64,000 nt of DNA from Phycisphaeraceae bacterium. GTDB lineage: Bacteria; Planctomycetota; Phycisphaerae; Phycisphaerales; Zrk34. Below are positions 51,409-61,400 of this stretch, piece after piece. Position numbers and translations under genes: made by a program. Numbering within the stretch: the stretch's first letter is position 1; each line of letters opens with the position of its first letter. Below the pieces are notes generated by a model, which was not told the DNA's origin, made no database searches, and saw only the letters and a program-made list of their open reading frames with translations. The DNA lies in the NCBI GenBank assembly GCA_040905565.1, contig JBBDRF010000078.1, positions 1-64,000 on the forward strand, given 5' to 3'.

Positions 51409-52521
51409 TCAGAGCCCGCCACGGTCGGCTTCGGCCCCACCGCCAAGCCGAAGCTCGGGCACGTCACCGGCTTCACCGGAAGTCGAGGAGGCCTGCTCAC
51501 CGCCAGAAGCGCGACGGCTCGGCGCCGGCTGCGTCTCGTGCGCCAGCGGATCGGGCCGATAGATGGCCGTGCCGAGCGCCCAGATACGCTCGGTGAAGTT
51601 GCCGCCCAGCTGTTCGCTGCGATTGGATTCGCCCCGGCCGGCAGCAATGGCCATGTGCATCCGGGCGTCGACGTTATCCAGCAGGCTCACGAAGATCGCT
51701 TCGGGCGTGGCGGGAATCTTCACTGCTCCGAATTCGGTCTGGCCATGGTGCGACAGGATAATGTGTTGCAGCACGCGGAGGACGTCGGGATCCAGCGGGT
51801 CGCCGTTCTCCGCACATCGCCTGGCCTTCGATTCCAGCCACATCGCCCCACGCACAATATGCCCCACCAGCTTACCGTCGTCGGAGTAAGCGAAGCCCGA
51901 CTCCCACGTCAGCTCTTCGCATTTGCCCAGGTCGTGCAGGAACAGGCCCATCAGAACGATGTCGCGGTTGATCTGCGGATACAGCGGCAGCGTCGCCTCG
52001 GCCAGCTTCAGCAGGGCCAGCGTGTGTTCCAGCAGCCCGCCGAGGTACGCGTGATGCAGCTGCATTGCCGCCGGGGCACGCTTGAAATTTTCCATCAACG
52101 GCTTGTCCGCCAGGTACACCTGCAGCAGGTTCTCCAGCTGCGGACTCTGCATCGACTGCATGATCTTCAGAAGCTGCTCAAACATCTCATCAGGATCACG
52201 CTCACTGCTCGGCAACAGCTCGCGAAGGTCGGCCGCCTCCGGCGTATGCGGGCGGATCGTCTGAACGATGATCTGCATCTCGCCCTGATACGGCTGCGTC
52301 TGACCTTCTATATAGACAAAGCCGTCGGTCGGCAGCGAATTGACCAGCTCCTCCGAGGCGTTCCACATCCGCCCGGGCGTTCGCCCCGTCCGGTCGCACA
52401 GCAGGCACTTGAGAAAGGCCTTGCCGTTACGCGTGAGCCCCAGCTGACAGTTCTGGATGCTGAAGATGCCCTCGATAAGCTGGTTGGGCAGCATGTCCTG
52501 AATGAATGTGCGTCGTGCCAT
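51409..52521 (-). CDS. OB-fold plus HD domain 3'-5' exoribonuclease (YhaM/Cbf1 family)
   Basis: PAA..HHAY.GGL.EH, LHDLGK and SHHG motifs. Confidence 0.9.
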   Translation of the reverse strand: MARRTFIQDMLPNQLIEGIFSIQNCQLGLTRNGKAFLKCLLCDRTGRTPGRMWNASEELVNSLPTDGFVYIEGQTQPYQGEMQIIVQTIRPHTPEAADLRELLPSSERDPDEMFEQLLKIMQSMQSPQLENLLQVYLADKPLMENFKRAPAAMQLHHAYLGGLLEHTLALLKLAEATLPLYPQINRDIVLMGLFLHDLGKCEELTWESGFAYSDDGKLVGHIVRGAMWLESKARRCAENGDPLDPDVLRVLQHIILSHHGQTEFGAVKIPATPEAIFVSLLDNVDARMHMAIAAGRGESNRSEQLGGNFTERIWALGTAIYRPDPLAHETQPAPSRRASGGEQASSTSGEAGDVPELRLGGGAEADRGGL

Positions 52522-52818
52522 GAATCTGATCCTTCTGAGAAGCCCGTCATAGTAGCGGAGGTCTGAAGGAAGTCCAAAAACGAGCAAGCTCGCAGGACAA
52601 CGGCATTTGTCCAAGGTCGTCGGCGCCTCTCGTCTCTGCGCTCGTCCGGGGAATAAAACGCGCTGGCTGGGGCACTGCTGGGATGGAGCGAGCTTCAGGC
52701 CGAGCATCGCCCGCCGCCCGCCGGACACATTTCGGCAAGTCCTCTACAGAGGCTATTATGTCGTTACCGCTTCCAGCGGCCGAACACCTGAAGTTGATGA
52801 CGAAGCGAAGGAAAGATC

Positions 52819-54024
52819 ATGAGCCGTTCAACCAGACTTACCGTTCAGCAGCCTGACCCGGAAGAATCAGCCGGCCTTGAAGCGGCGGTGCTTTCGCGCT
52901 ATGCCCGCGGTGCCGAGGCCGTGGAGCCGGCGCTCTGCTGTCCGACCGATGGGTACGACGCACAGTACCTCAAGATCATCCCGCAGGAAATCCTCGAAAA
53001 AGACTACGGCTGCGGCGATCCCTCGCGGCACGTTGGCGAAGGCGAAACGGTCGTCGATCTCGGTTCTGGAGCCGGCAAGATCTGCTACATCCTGGCGCAG
53101 AAGGTTGGGGCGAACGGCCGCGTCATCGGCCTCGATTTCAACGACGCGATGTTGGATCTCGCCCGAAGCTATGCCGACGAAATGGCTGGCAAACTCGGCT
53201 ACCAGAACTTCACGTTCCACAAAGCGAAGATTCAGGACATGGCCCTCGATCTGGACGCCGCGCACCAATGGCTCACGGCGAATCCCGTGACCGGCGTGGA
53301 ACAGCTGGCCCGCTTCGAAGCGTGGTGCGACCAGACGCGGCAGGAACGGCCGCTGGTGCCCGACGACAGCGTCGACGCCATCGTCTCCAATTGCGTGCTG
53401 AACCTGGTGAAGCCCGAGCAGAAGCGTCGCTTGTTCGGCGAGATGTTCCGCGTGCTCCGCACCGGCGGCAGGGCGGTCATCAGCGACATCGTCTGCGATG
53501 AACAGCCCACCGAAGCGATGCAGAACGACCCCGACCTCTGGAGCGGCTGCATCTCCGGCGCCTTCCGCGAAGATCGATTCCTCGCCATGTTCGAAGAGGC
53601 TGGGTTCCACGGCGTCGAGATTCTCTCACGCAGCGAGCAGCCCTGGCAGACGATCAACGGCATCGAATTTCGCGCCATGACCGTGCGGGCTCACAAGGGC
53701 GATGCGGGGCCGTGCATGGAGCGCAACCAGGCGGTCGTTTACAAGGGGCCATGGAAGCAGGTGCGCGACGACGATGGCAATGTCTACCACCGCGGCGAGC
53801 GGATGGCGGTGTGCGCGAAGACCTATCAGATGCTCAACGATCCCGCGGGGCCCTACGCCGAGCAGGTGATCGGCGTGGAGCCGGGGGTGCCCGTCCCTGC
53901 CGATGCCGCGGAGACGTTTGATTGCAGCAGGCCGATCCACCGAAGCCCGCAGCAAACCAAGCGTGGCCAGGCCGAGGCGACCGATGCTGTCGACGACGCA
54001 TGTGCCGGCGGGTCGTGCTGCTGA
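52819..54024 (+). CDS. ArsM-like SAM methyltransferase with C-terminal extension
   Basis: LCCP, YGCGDP, DLGSGAG, SNCVLN and WSGCISG motifs; ends GGSCC. Confidence 0.82.
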   Translation: MSRSTRLTVQQPDPEESAGLEAAVLSRYARGAEAVEPALCCPTDGYDAQYLKIIPQEILEKDYGCGDPSRHVGEGETVVDLGSGAGKICYILAQKVGANGRVIGLDFNDAMLDLARSYADEMAGKLGYQNFTFHKAKIQDMALDLDAAHQWLTANPVTGVEQLARFEAWCDQTRQERPLVPDDSVDAIVSNCVLNLVKPEQKRRLFGEMFRVLRTGGRAVISDIVCDEQPTEAMQNDPDLWSGCISGAFREDRFLAMFEEAGFHGVEILSRSEQPWQTINGIEFRAMTVRAHKGDAGPCMERNQAVVYKGPWKQVRDDDGNVYHRGERMAVCAKTYQMLNDPAGPYAEQVIGVEPGVPVPADAAETFDCSRPIHRSPQQTKRGQAEATDAVDDACAGGSCC

Positions 54025-54045
54025 TTTGATGGAAAGGATGACGCT

Positions 54046-55038
54046 ATGGTTCCCCCATCGGCCTCGGCGCCGCTCACCATCAACGGCAGCAATGGCTTCG
54101 ACGCGGCAATCGAGCAGGCCGCTCGGCAGCCGCTGACCGGGCTGGCCATCGACACGGTGCAGGCGAACATCGGCCTGCGGTGCAACCTTGCGTGTCACCA
54201 CTGCCATGTTGAATCCTCACCGAAGCGCGAAGAGCAGATGAGCTGGCAGACCATGCAGGCTGTGCTTGATGCTGCGGAGCGGGCCGGGGCACACACCCTC
54301 GACATCACCGGTGGCGCGCCCGAGATGCATCCCGAATTCCGCCGCTTTGTCGACGCCGCCGTCGGTCGCCACCTTCATGTGATGGTGCGCACGAACCTGA
54401 CGATCATGCTTCAGCAGGGCTACGCCGACATGCCCGAGTTCTTCGCTGAGCGTGGCGTGCACCTCGTGGCCTCGCTGCCGTGTTATCTGCCGAACAATGT
54501 CGACAAGCAGCGCGGCAAGCACGTCTATCGTGACAGCGTCGAAGTCATCCAGCGTCTCAACCGCGTCGGCTACGGCATTGACGAGCAACTGAAGCTGGAC
54601 CTCGTTTACAACCCGCTCGGCCCGAGTCTGCCACCCGATCAGAAGCAGCTTGAACAGGCTTACCGGGTGGCGCTCTTCAACGAGTTCGACATCCGCTTCA
54701 ACCAGTTGTACGCCATCACAAACATCGCCATCGGCCGATTTCTGCACGACCTCGATCGCGATGGCAAAGCCGCTGAGTATCAACAGCTGCTACGTGATGC
54801 GTTCAACCCCGGCACGATCGAAGGCCTGATGTGCCGCCATCAACTGCACGTCGGCCACGACGGCACGATGTACGATTGCGACTTCAACTTCGCGCTCGGC
54901 TTGCCCGTTGAAGGGCCCGCCATGCACATCCAGCAGTTCGATCCGCAAACCTTCCGCGACCGCCAGATCGCCACCGGCGAGCACTGCTTCGCCTGCACCG
55001 CAGGCTCCGGCTCATCGTGTGGCGGCACCCTGGCATGA
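54046..55038 (+). CDS. arsS: Radical SAM/Cys-rich protein of the ArsS (arsenosugar) family
   Basis: CNLACHHC, DITGGAPE, ASLPCY, YDCDFN and HCFACTAGSGSSCGG motifs. Confidence 0.82.
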   Translation: MVPPSASAPLTINGSNGFDAAIEQAARQPLTGLAIDTVQANIGLRCNLACHHCHVESSPKREEQMSWQTMQAVLDAAERAGAHTLDITGGAPEMHPEFRRFVDAAVGRHLHVMVRTNLTIMLQQGYADMPEFFAERGVHLVASLPCYLPNNVDKQRGKHVYRDSVEVIQRLNRVGYGIDEQLKLDLVYNPLGPSLPPDQKQLEQAYRVALFNEFDIRFNQLYAITNIAIGRFLHDLDRDGKAAEYQQLLRDAFNPGTIEGLMCRHQLHVGHDGTMYDCDFNFALGLPVEGPAMHIQQFDPQTFRDRQIATGEHCFACTAGSGSSCGGTLA

Positions 55039-56747
55039 GACACACACCCGCAAGCACCGGCACAACAAAGAACATGACGATGCACGATGAGCCGCCCATC
55101 GAAGAGCCCGGTCACACCTCCCGCTTCGCGGCGCTTCGATCGCCCGCCACGGCACGGTGGGTGAAGCTGATCTCGATCGGCCTGATCATCATCGGCCTGT
55201 TGCTGATCGCCCAGGCACTGCCGACGGGGCAGTGGATGCAGGCGCTCGTCGGATGGGTCCAACAACTCGGCCCACTCGGCCCGATCATCTACATCGGCGT
55301 CTATGCAATGGCGACGGTGCTGATGCTGCCGGCCTGGCCTCTTTCGGTCGCGGCGGGGATGATCTTTGGGCTCTGGCTGGGTTCGCTGGTCGTGCTGGTC
55401 GGCGCGACTTCCGGTGCCGCCGGTGCCTTCCTCATCGGCCGCTATCTCGCAAGGCGGACCGTCGAAAAAAACCTGCGACACTACCCACGTTTTGCTGCGG
55501 TCGACCGCGCCGTCGGTGAAGGCGGGTGGAAGATCGTGGCGCTATTAAGGCTATCGCCCGCGGTACCGTTCAACCTGCAGAACTACCTTTACGGTTTGAC
55601 CGCGATCCGCTTCTGGCCCTGCATCCTCGCGACGGCCGTCGCCATGCTTCCCGGGATTTTTCTGTATGTCTACCTCGGCTTTGCGGGACGCGCGACGCTG
55701 GAAGCGGGGGCGGTTGAACGTGGGCCGGGGCAGTGGGCACTGATGATCGTGGGCCTCGTGGCGACGGTTGCCGTCACCGTCTACGTCACGCGGCTCGCTC
55801 GCCGCGCGATTCGTGAGCAGACGCCATTGGAGGAAGTTGACCCCACTGAAGAGGAGCGTGATGCGATGAACACTGAACAAGCCGTGAACAATCCGTGGAA
55901 AGGTGCCGCCATTGCCGCGGGCGTCGCTTTTATCGTGCTGTTTGGCGCAGCGTGTGCGCAGTTGCAGCCGCAGTGGTTTGTGAACCTGGTCGGCGGCCCG
56001 CCGGCAGTTGCCATGGCCGAAGCCTACGAACCGCGCCCCGGCGGCCCCGGCTTCGATCATGCGCCATTCGACGCAATTCTCCAGCAGCACGTGAACGACA
56101 ACGGCGGCGTCGATTACGCAGCCATCGCCGCCGATCCCGAGCCACTTCGGCAGTACAACGCGTCGCTTGCCCAGGCTCCGTTCGACGCGATGGGGCGGGA
56201 CGAAAAGCTCGCCCTGCTGATCAATGCCTACAACAGTTTCACCTTGGAATTGATGATCGACTGGCTCGACCGTCCCGGCATCAACGGCATTCGTGACATT
56301 CCAGAGAGCCAGCGCTGGGACGCGGAGCGGTGGAACATCGGCGGCCACGTCTGGAGTCTCAACCAGATCGAGCACGAGCAGATCCGCCCGAAGTTCAGAG
56401 AGCCGGACATTCACTGGGCGCTGGTGTGTGCTGCGGTCGGCTGTCCGCCGCTTCACGCCGAGGCCTACACCGCCGATCGACTTGATGAGCAGCTACGCGA
56501 TCAGGCCCGCATCGCGCATACCGACGGCTCACGCTGGCTGCGGTACGATCGCGAGCGCGGCGTGATTCATCTCACAGCGTTGTACAACTGGTACGGCAGT
56601 GATTTTGAGCAGGTCGCCGGGTCGGTCCTCGACTACGCCGCAAAATATCATGCTCCGCTCAAGGCCGATCTTGAGGCCGATCGGCGGCCTCGTGTGCAAT
56701 GGCTCGATTACGACTGGGCACTCAACAATCAGGAGAACCTGCCGTGA
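55035..56747 (+). CDS. TVP38/TMEM64 (DedA-like) membrane domain fused to a DUF547 domain
   Basis: LLRLSP.VPFNLQNY..G, then VDYAA, LINAYN, IEH and IHWALVCAAVGCPPL motifs; start 55035 or 55074. Confidence 0.85.
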   Translation: MRHTPASTGTTKNMTMHDEPPIEEPGHTSRFAALRSPATARWVKLISIGLIIIGLLLIAQALPTGQWMQALVGWVQQLGPLGPIIYIGVYAMATVLMLPAWPLSVAAGMIFGLWLGSLVVLVGATSGAAGAFLIGRYLARRTVEKNLRHYPRFAAVDRAVGEGGWKIVALLRLSPAVPFNLQNYLYGLTAIRFWPCILATAVAMLPGIFLYVYLGFAGRATLEAGAVERGPGQWALMIVGLVATVAVTVYVTRLARRAIREQTPLEEVDPTEEERDAMNTEQAVNNPWKGAAIAAGVAFIVLFGAACAQLQPQWFVNLVGGPPAVAMAEAYEPRPGGPGFDHAPFDAILQQHVNDNGGVDYAAIAADPEPLRQYNASLAQAPFDAMGRDEKLALLINAYNSFTLELMIDWLDRPGINGIRDIPESQRWDAERWNIGGHVWSLNQIEHEQIRPKFREPDIHWALVCAAVGCPPLHAEAYTADRLDEQLRDQARIAHTDGSRWLRYDRERGVIHLTALYNWYGSDFEQVAGSVLDYAAKYHAPLKADLEADRRPRVQWLDYDWALNNQENLP

Positions 56748-58306
56748 TCCGTACTGCGGAACAACTCAGTGAAGCAGAGCGGCAGGAGGCGTGGGCCTCG
56801 CCCGCCCTGCAGCCGCACGACGAACACAATCAGCGGCTCCGGCAGGCAACCCACCCCGCCGACTGGACCAATCCCACGCCGAAGGGCCGGTACAACCTGA
56901 TCGTCATCGGCGCGGGTACGGCGGGGCTGGTCACCGCCGCTGGGGCAGCTGGGATGGGCGCGAAAGTCGCCTTGATCGAGCGAAGCCTGATGGGCGGCGA
57001 CTGCTTGAACGTCGGCTGCGTGCCGAGCAAAGCGCTCATCCGCTGTGCCCGCGCCGTGGCTGATGTGCGTGATGCTGCGACGTTCGGCGTGAAGGTGGAC
57101 GCCGAGCCGCAGGTCGATTTCGCCGCCGTCATGGAGCGGATGCGAAAGATTCGCGCCGAGATGAGCAGCCACGATTCGGTCGCCCGCTTCACCGAGCTCG
57201 GAATCGATGTCTACCTCGGCGAAGCGAAGTTCACCAGCCGCGACACGGTGGAAGTGGGCAGGCAGTCATTGCGTTTCGCGCGGGCTGCCATCACCACCGG
57301 GGCGCGTGCGATCGCACTGCCGATCAAGGGGCTGGAGGACGTGGGTTACCTCACGAATGAAACCGTCTTCTCGCTCACCGAGTTGCCGAAACGGTTGGCG
57401 GTCATCGGTGCGGGGCCCATCGGCTGCGAGATGGCGCAGGCATTTTCGCGACTCGGATCGCAGGTGACGCTGATCGAAGCCGAGCCACGCATCATGCCCC
57501 GTGAAGATGCCGAGGCGGCGGAGATCGTCGAATACGCCATGCACCGCGACGGCGTCAGCATCATCTGCGGCGGCAAGACCGTCGACATCACCGGCGAGGG
57601 CAGTGACAAAGTTTTGCGCCTCGACTGTCAGGGCACGGCGAAAGAGGTGCGGGTTGATGAGATTCTCCTCGGCGTCGGGCGGGCTCCCAACGTTGAATCA
57701 CTTAACCTTGAAGCGGCGGGTGTGGACTACGCCAAACAGGGCGTGCAGGTGAACGATTATCTGCAGACGAGCAATGCGAACATCTACGCCGCCGGCGACG
57801 TCGCTTCGGAATACAAGTTCACCCATGCCGCCGATGCGATGGCGAGGATCGTGATTCAGAATGCTCTGTTCTTCGGCCGCGCCAAGGTCAGCGATCTGAG
57901 CATCCCGTGGTGCACGTACACCGATCCTGAAGTGGCGCACGTCGGGCTCTATGAGCACGAGGCGAAGGAGCAGGGAACGGCGGTGCAGACGCTGACGATC
58001 AACCTTGCCGACGTCGACCGCGCCCGCCTCGACGGCGAAACCGAGGGGTTCCTGCGCGTCCACCTGAAGCAAGGCTCGGACCGCATTCTCGGTGCCACGC
58101 TCGTCGCCCGTCATGCCGGTGAGATGATCTCGGAGATCACAGCGACCATGGTCGCCGGCAAGGGGCTGGGTAGTCTGGCGAAAACGATTCACCCCTACCC
58201 CACGCAGGCGGAGGTGATCAAGAAAGCCGCCGACGCCTACAACCGCACACGCCTGACACCGCGCATCAAAAGTGCCTTTAAAACCCTGCTGAAATGGCGG
58301 CGGTGA
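56744..58306 (+). CDS. Mercuric-reductase-like flavoprotein disulfide reductase lacking the C-terminal Cys pair
   Basis: GAGTAG, GDCLNVGCVPSK, GAGPIG and IHPYPT motifs; GTG start overlaps the previous stop. Confidence 0.85.
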   Translation: MIRTAEQLSEAERQEAWASPALQPHDEHNQRLRQATHPADWTNPTPKGRYNLIVIGAGTAGLVTAAGAAGMGAKVALIERSLMGGDCLNVGCVPSKALIRCARAVADVRDAATFGVKVDAEPQVDFAAVMERMRKIRAEMSSHDSVARFTELGIDVYLGEAKFTSRDTVEVGRQSLRFARAAITTGARAIALPIKGLEDVGYLTNETVFSLTELPKRLAVIGAGPIGCEMAQAFSRLGSQVTLIEAEPRIMPREDAEAAEIVEYAMHRDGVSIICGGKTVDITGEGSDKVLRLDCQGTAKEVRVDEILLGVGRAPNVESLNLEAAGVDYAKQGVQVNDYLQTSNANIYAAGDVASEYKFTHAADAMARIVIQNALFFGRAKVSDLSIPWCTYTDPEVAHVGLYEHEAKEQGTAVQTLTINLADVDRARLDGETEGFLRVHLKQGSDRILGATLVARHAGEMISEITATMVAGKGLGSLAKTIHPYPTQAEVIKKAADAYNRTRLTPRIKSAFKTLLKWRR

Positions 58307-58493
58307 CCGGCCTGTACGACGTGGAGGCCCGGGAGAGTCCTGAGGCACTGGTCGGGGCGGGCCGGTGGTAACGGCGTGGGGGGACGCGCGTAGAGGCTGC
58401 CTATGATGCGGCTCGTCAGGTGTGGGGCCTGATGGTCGGGCGCGGTGGATGCTGTCAGGTGCCGGCGCCGCGCGTGTTTTGTGAGGGGGGAAC

Positions 58494-59348
58494 ATGGGGA
58501 CCGACGAACCGGTCGATTTGTTGATGATCAGCTGGAACCGCCGGGCGTACTTGGAAAAGACGCTGGCGAGACTGCTAAACGATCCGAGCGACTTTCGTCT
58601 GCACTGGTGGGACAACGGCTCGACCGATGGGGCGGCCGACTTGATGGCCGAGACGCACGACCCGCGCATCGTGCACAAGCATCACTGCCCCACGAACGCG
58701 ATGCAGGGCGTGCCCACGCAGTGGTTTCTCGAGCAGGCGAAGTCTGATGTCATCGGAAAGATCGACGACGACACGCTGATCCCACCACGCTGGAGTGAGC
58801 CGATCGCTGCTGCCGTGCGCGCTCATGACGAACTGGGCATGGTCGGCTGCTGGACATTCTGGATGGACGACTACGAACGGAACCGCGCCGCGGCCGACGG
58901 TCGTGTGGTGCAGTTCGGCGAGCACGGCGTGATGCAGGCGGCGTGGATCGGCGGCACGGCAGTGCTCATCCGCAAAGAGCTGGCGAAGCGGTATCACAAC
59001 CGCGCTTCGTCCGGACGTGAATTCGCCATCAATCGCATCAAGATGACCGTCGACGGCTACATCAGCGGCTGGTACTACCCGCTGATCTGGGCGGAGCACA
59101 TGGACGACCCGCGCTCCGAGCATTGCCTGATGACCGACGCCGCCGGAATAGACGGGCAAGCTGCACTCACCGCCCGCGCACGTGGCTTCACCGCACCGTC
59201 GCAGTACCTCAACTGGATCAAGCGCGACGCCGACCAGGTGCTCACCCGCGGCGTCCGGCAACAGGTACGACGCTGGCGCTGGCAGAACTCGGCTTTGAAG
59301 CTCTTCGCCGACCGTACGCGGATCAAAGTCTTGCGGGGGTTTAGCTGA
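58494..59348 (+). CDS. Glycosyltransferase family 2
   Basis: ISWNR, DNGSTDG and IDDD motifs. Confidence 0.8.
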   Translation: MGTDEPVDLLMISWNRRAYLEKTLARLLNDPSDFRLHWWDNGSTDGAADLMAETHDPRIVHKHHCPTNAMQGVPTQWFLEQAKSDVIGKIDDDTLIPPRWSEPIAAAVRAHDELGMVGCWTFWMDDYERNRAAADGRVVQFGEHGVMQAAWIGGTAVLIRKELAKRYHNRASSGREFAINRIKMTVDGYISGWYYPLIWAEHMDDPRSEHCLMTDAAGIDGQAALTARARGFTAPSQYLNWIKRDADQVLTRGVRQQVRRWRWQNSALKLFADRTRIKVLRGFS

Positions 59349-60818
59349 ATGAACGTTTTCGCCGAGGTCGTCCTGATCGTGTACCTGCCGGCTGCGCTGG
59401 CGCTTTACCTGGTGTTCCCGCCGAGGCGTGCCACGCTGATCGTGCTCATCGGCGGCTGGCTTTTCCTGCCGGTCACGGGCATAGAGTTCCAGGGTATTCC
59501 GAACTACACCAAGATGTCGGCGATCGCGATGGCGGTAGTTCTCGGCACGGTTGGGACGGAGCCGAAGCGTTTGCTGAACTTTCGGCCGCGCTGGTTCGAT
59601 GTGCCGATGGCAATCTGGTGTTTCGTCCCGTTCGTGACGTCGATGAGCAACGACCTCGGTGTGTACGACGGGCTTTCGGCGATGCTGACGCAAACGTTGA
59701 TGTGGGGCGTGCCGTGGCTGATGGGACGCGTCTGGTTCTCCGATGCCGAGGGGATGCGCGAACTGGCCATGGGCGTGATGATCGGCGGCATGATCTACGT
59801 CCCCCTCTGCCTGTACGAAGTGCGCATGAGTCCGCAGCTTCACAATACCTTCTACGGCGCGCCGCCTTCGTCGTTCATTCATGTCGGACGCTTCGGCGGG
59901 TTCCGCCCCGTCGTCTTCATGCGCAGCGGCTTGGAAGTCGGGCTCTGGATGACGGCCGGGACGCTCGCCGCCTTCTGGCTCTGGACGAGCGGCACCGTGC
60001 GGCAGGTGTTCGGCCTTCCGCTGGGGCCGCTGGTGGGCGGTCTCGCCATCACCGCCGTCCTCTGCAAATCGCTCGGGGCGCTGCTGCTGCTGATCGCCGG
60101 CCTCGGCATCCTCTACACCGCACGTTGGACACGCCTGGCCATCCCCGCCCTGATGCTCGCCGCGATAATCCCCACCTACATGTATGTCCGCACGACGGGC
60201 ACGTGGATGGGTGAGAACGTCGTCAATGTCGCCGCCAGCATCTCCGAAGCGCGTGCTCAATCGCTCGGCTTCCGGTTCGACAATGAGGAGATTCTCATCG
60301 AGCGCGCGATCGAGAGACCGGTTTTCGGGTGGGGCGGCTGGGGACGCTCACGCGTGACTGACGAGGACACCGGCACCGACGTCTCCACAACCGACGGTAT
60401 GTGGATCATCGCCATGGGACAGTACGGAATCGTCGGCCTCACAGCCCTCACCACCGCCATGCTGCTGCCGATTGTTCTGCTCTGGAGGAGATGCCCGACG
60501 CGGTACTGGCGCGGCCCGCCCGCAGTGCTTGCCGTCATTGTTCTGCTGTTCATGGCGGACAATCTGTTGAACGCCATGCCCAACCCGGTCTACATGATGG
60601 CCGCCGGCGCGGTCTGCGGCATGCCCGCGTTTCTCATGCGGGCGGTGGGCGCCGGTCAACTGAATCAGCGGGGCCAAGTGCCCCTGCCAAGCCAGACGCG
60701 CACCGTTCAGCCTTCGCGATCACGCACGTTGGCACGCGCCCCTCGGCAACGACCTGTGATCGCTCGACAGAGCACGAGGCCGCCGGACCCCTGGACGCCT
60801 CGGCCGCGCAGAATGTGA
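59349..60818 (+). CDS. O-antigen ligase/polymerase-like membrane protein
   Basis: About 11 transmembrane helices; SL.FR, P.FGWG and DG.W......GIVG motifs. Confidence 0.7.
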   Translation: MNVFAEVVLIVYLPAALALYLVFPPRRATLIVLIGGWLFLPVTGIEFQGIPNYTKMSAIAMAVVLGTVGTEPKRLLNFRPRWFDVPMAIWCFVPFVTSMSNDLGVYDGLSAMLTQTLMWGVPWLMGRVWFSDAEGMRELAMGVMIGGMIYVPLCLYEVRMSPQLHNTFYGAPPSSFIHVGRFGGFRPVVFMRSGLEVGLWMTAGTLAAFWLWTSGTVRQVFGLPLGPLVGGLAITAVLCKSLGALLLLIAGLGILYTARWTRLAIPALMLAAIIPTYMYVRTTGTWMGENVVNVAASISEARAQSLGFRFDNEEILIERAIERPVFGWGGWGRSRVTDEDTGTDVSTTDGMWIIAMGQYGIVGLTALTTAMLLPIVLLWRRCPTRYWRGPPAVLAVIVLLFMADNLLNAMPNPVYMMAAGAVCGMPAFLMRAVGAGQLNQRGQVPLPSQTRTVQPSRSRTLARAPRQRPVIARQSTRPPDPWTPRPRRM

Positions 60819-60852
60819 ATGTCATGGTTCGGCGGTATCCGGCGGTGGGGGG

Positions 60853-61245
60853 TCAGCCGGCGTTCTCAAGAACGTGCTCTTCGACGAAGATGGGAACGTC
60901 GGTCGCGATGCCGATGGCAATCGCATCGGAAGGACGGCAATCCACCTCAACCGTCCGCTCATCGATGTTGATCACCAGCTGCGCAAAGAAAGTGTGCTCA
61001 CGCAGGTCGTTGATCACGATGCGTTGAAGCTCGCCCCCGAGGTCTTCGATCATGTTCGCCAGCAGCTCGTGCGTCTGCGGCCGCTTGAGCGGGATGTTCT
61101 TCAGGCGTCGTTCGATCGCCGCGGCTTCATACAGGCCGATCACGATGGGGAATTTCCGCTCGCCGTCAATCTCACGCAACTCGATGAGTTGATAGTCCTG
61201 CGTCTCAGTGATCAGGATGCGGGAAAGCTCCATCTGCACGGCCAT
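60853..61245 (-). CDS. Bifunctional nuclease domain protein (DUF151)
   Basis: PIVIG..EA.AI, RPQTHEL and DCRPSDAIA motifs. Confidence 0.92.
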   Translation of the reverse strand: MAVQMELSRILITETQDYQLIELREIDGERKFPIVIGLYEAAAIERRLKNIPLKRPQTHELLANMIEDLGGELQRIVINDLREHTFFAQLVINIDERTVEVDCRPSDAIAIGIATDVPIFVEEHVLENAG

Positions 61246-61400
61246 GGGTTACTCCTCGGCTGGCATGGTCATTGTGCGGCAGCGCGGACAAGACGGACGC
61301 GGGCAGCGGTCAACCTGACTCACTGTAGCGCCTTCGCCACCGACCGATCGCGGAGAATCTCCCGTGCCTTGGATGGGGACGCTGCTAAAGGAGCCGGCGA

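Noticed and set aside
54046..55038. Selenocysteine read-through in ArsS or the ArsM-like gene
   Set aside because: The candidate positions are Cys codons; the ArsS TGA overlaps the next ATG and the ArsM TGA is followed by no meaningful extension
56744..58306. merA mercury resistance gene
   Set aside because: No C-terminal Cys-Cys, no NmerA domain and no merR/T/P neighbours
58494..60818. GT2 and ligase-like genes as part of the arsenic cluster
   Set aside because: They are separated by a gap of about 190 nt and look like general surface-polysaccharide genes; the link is unsupported
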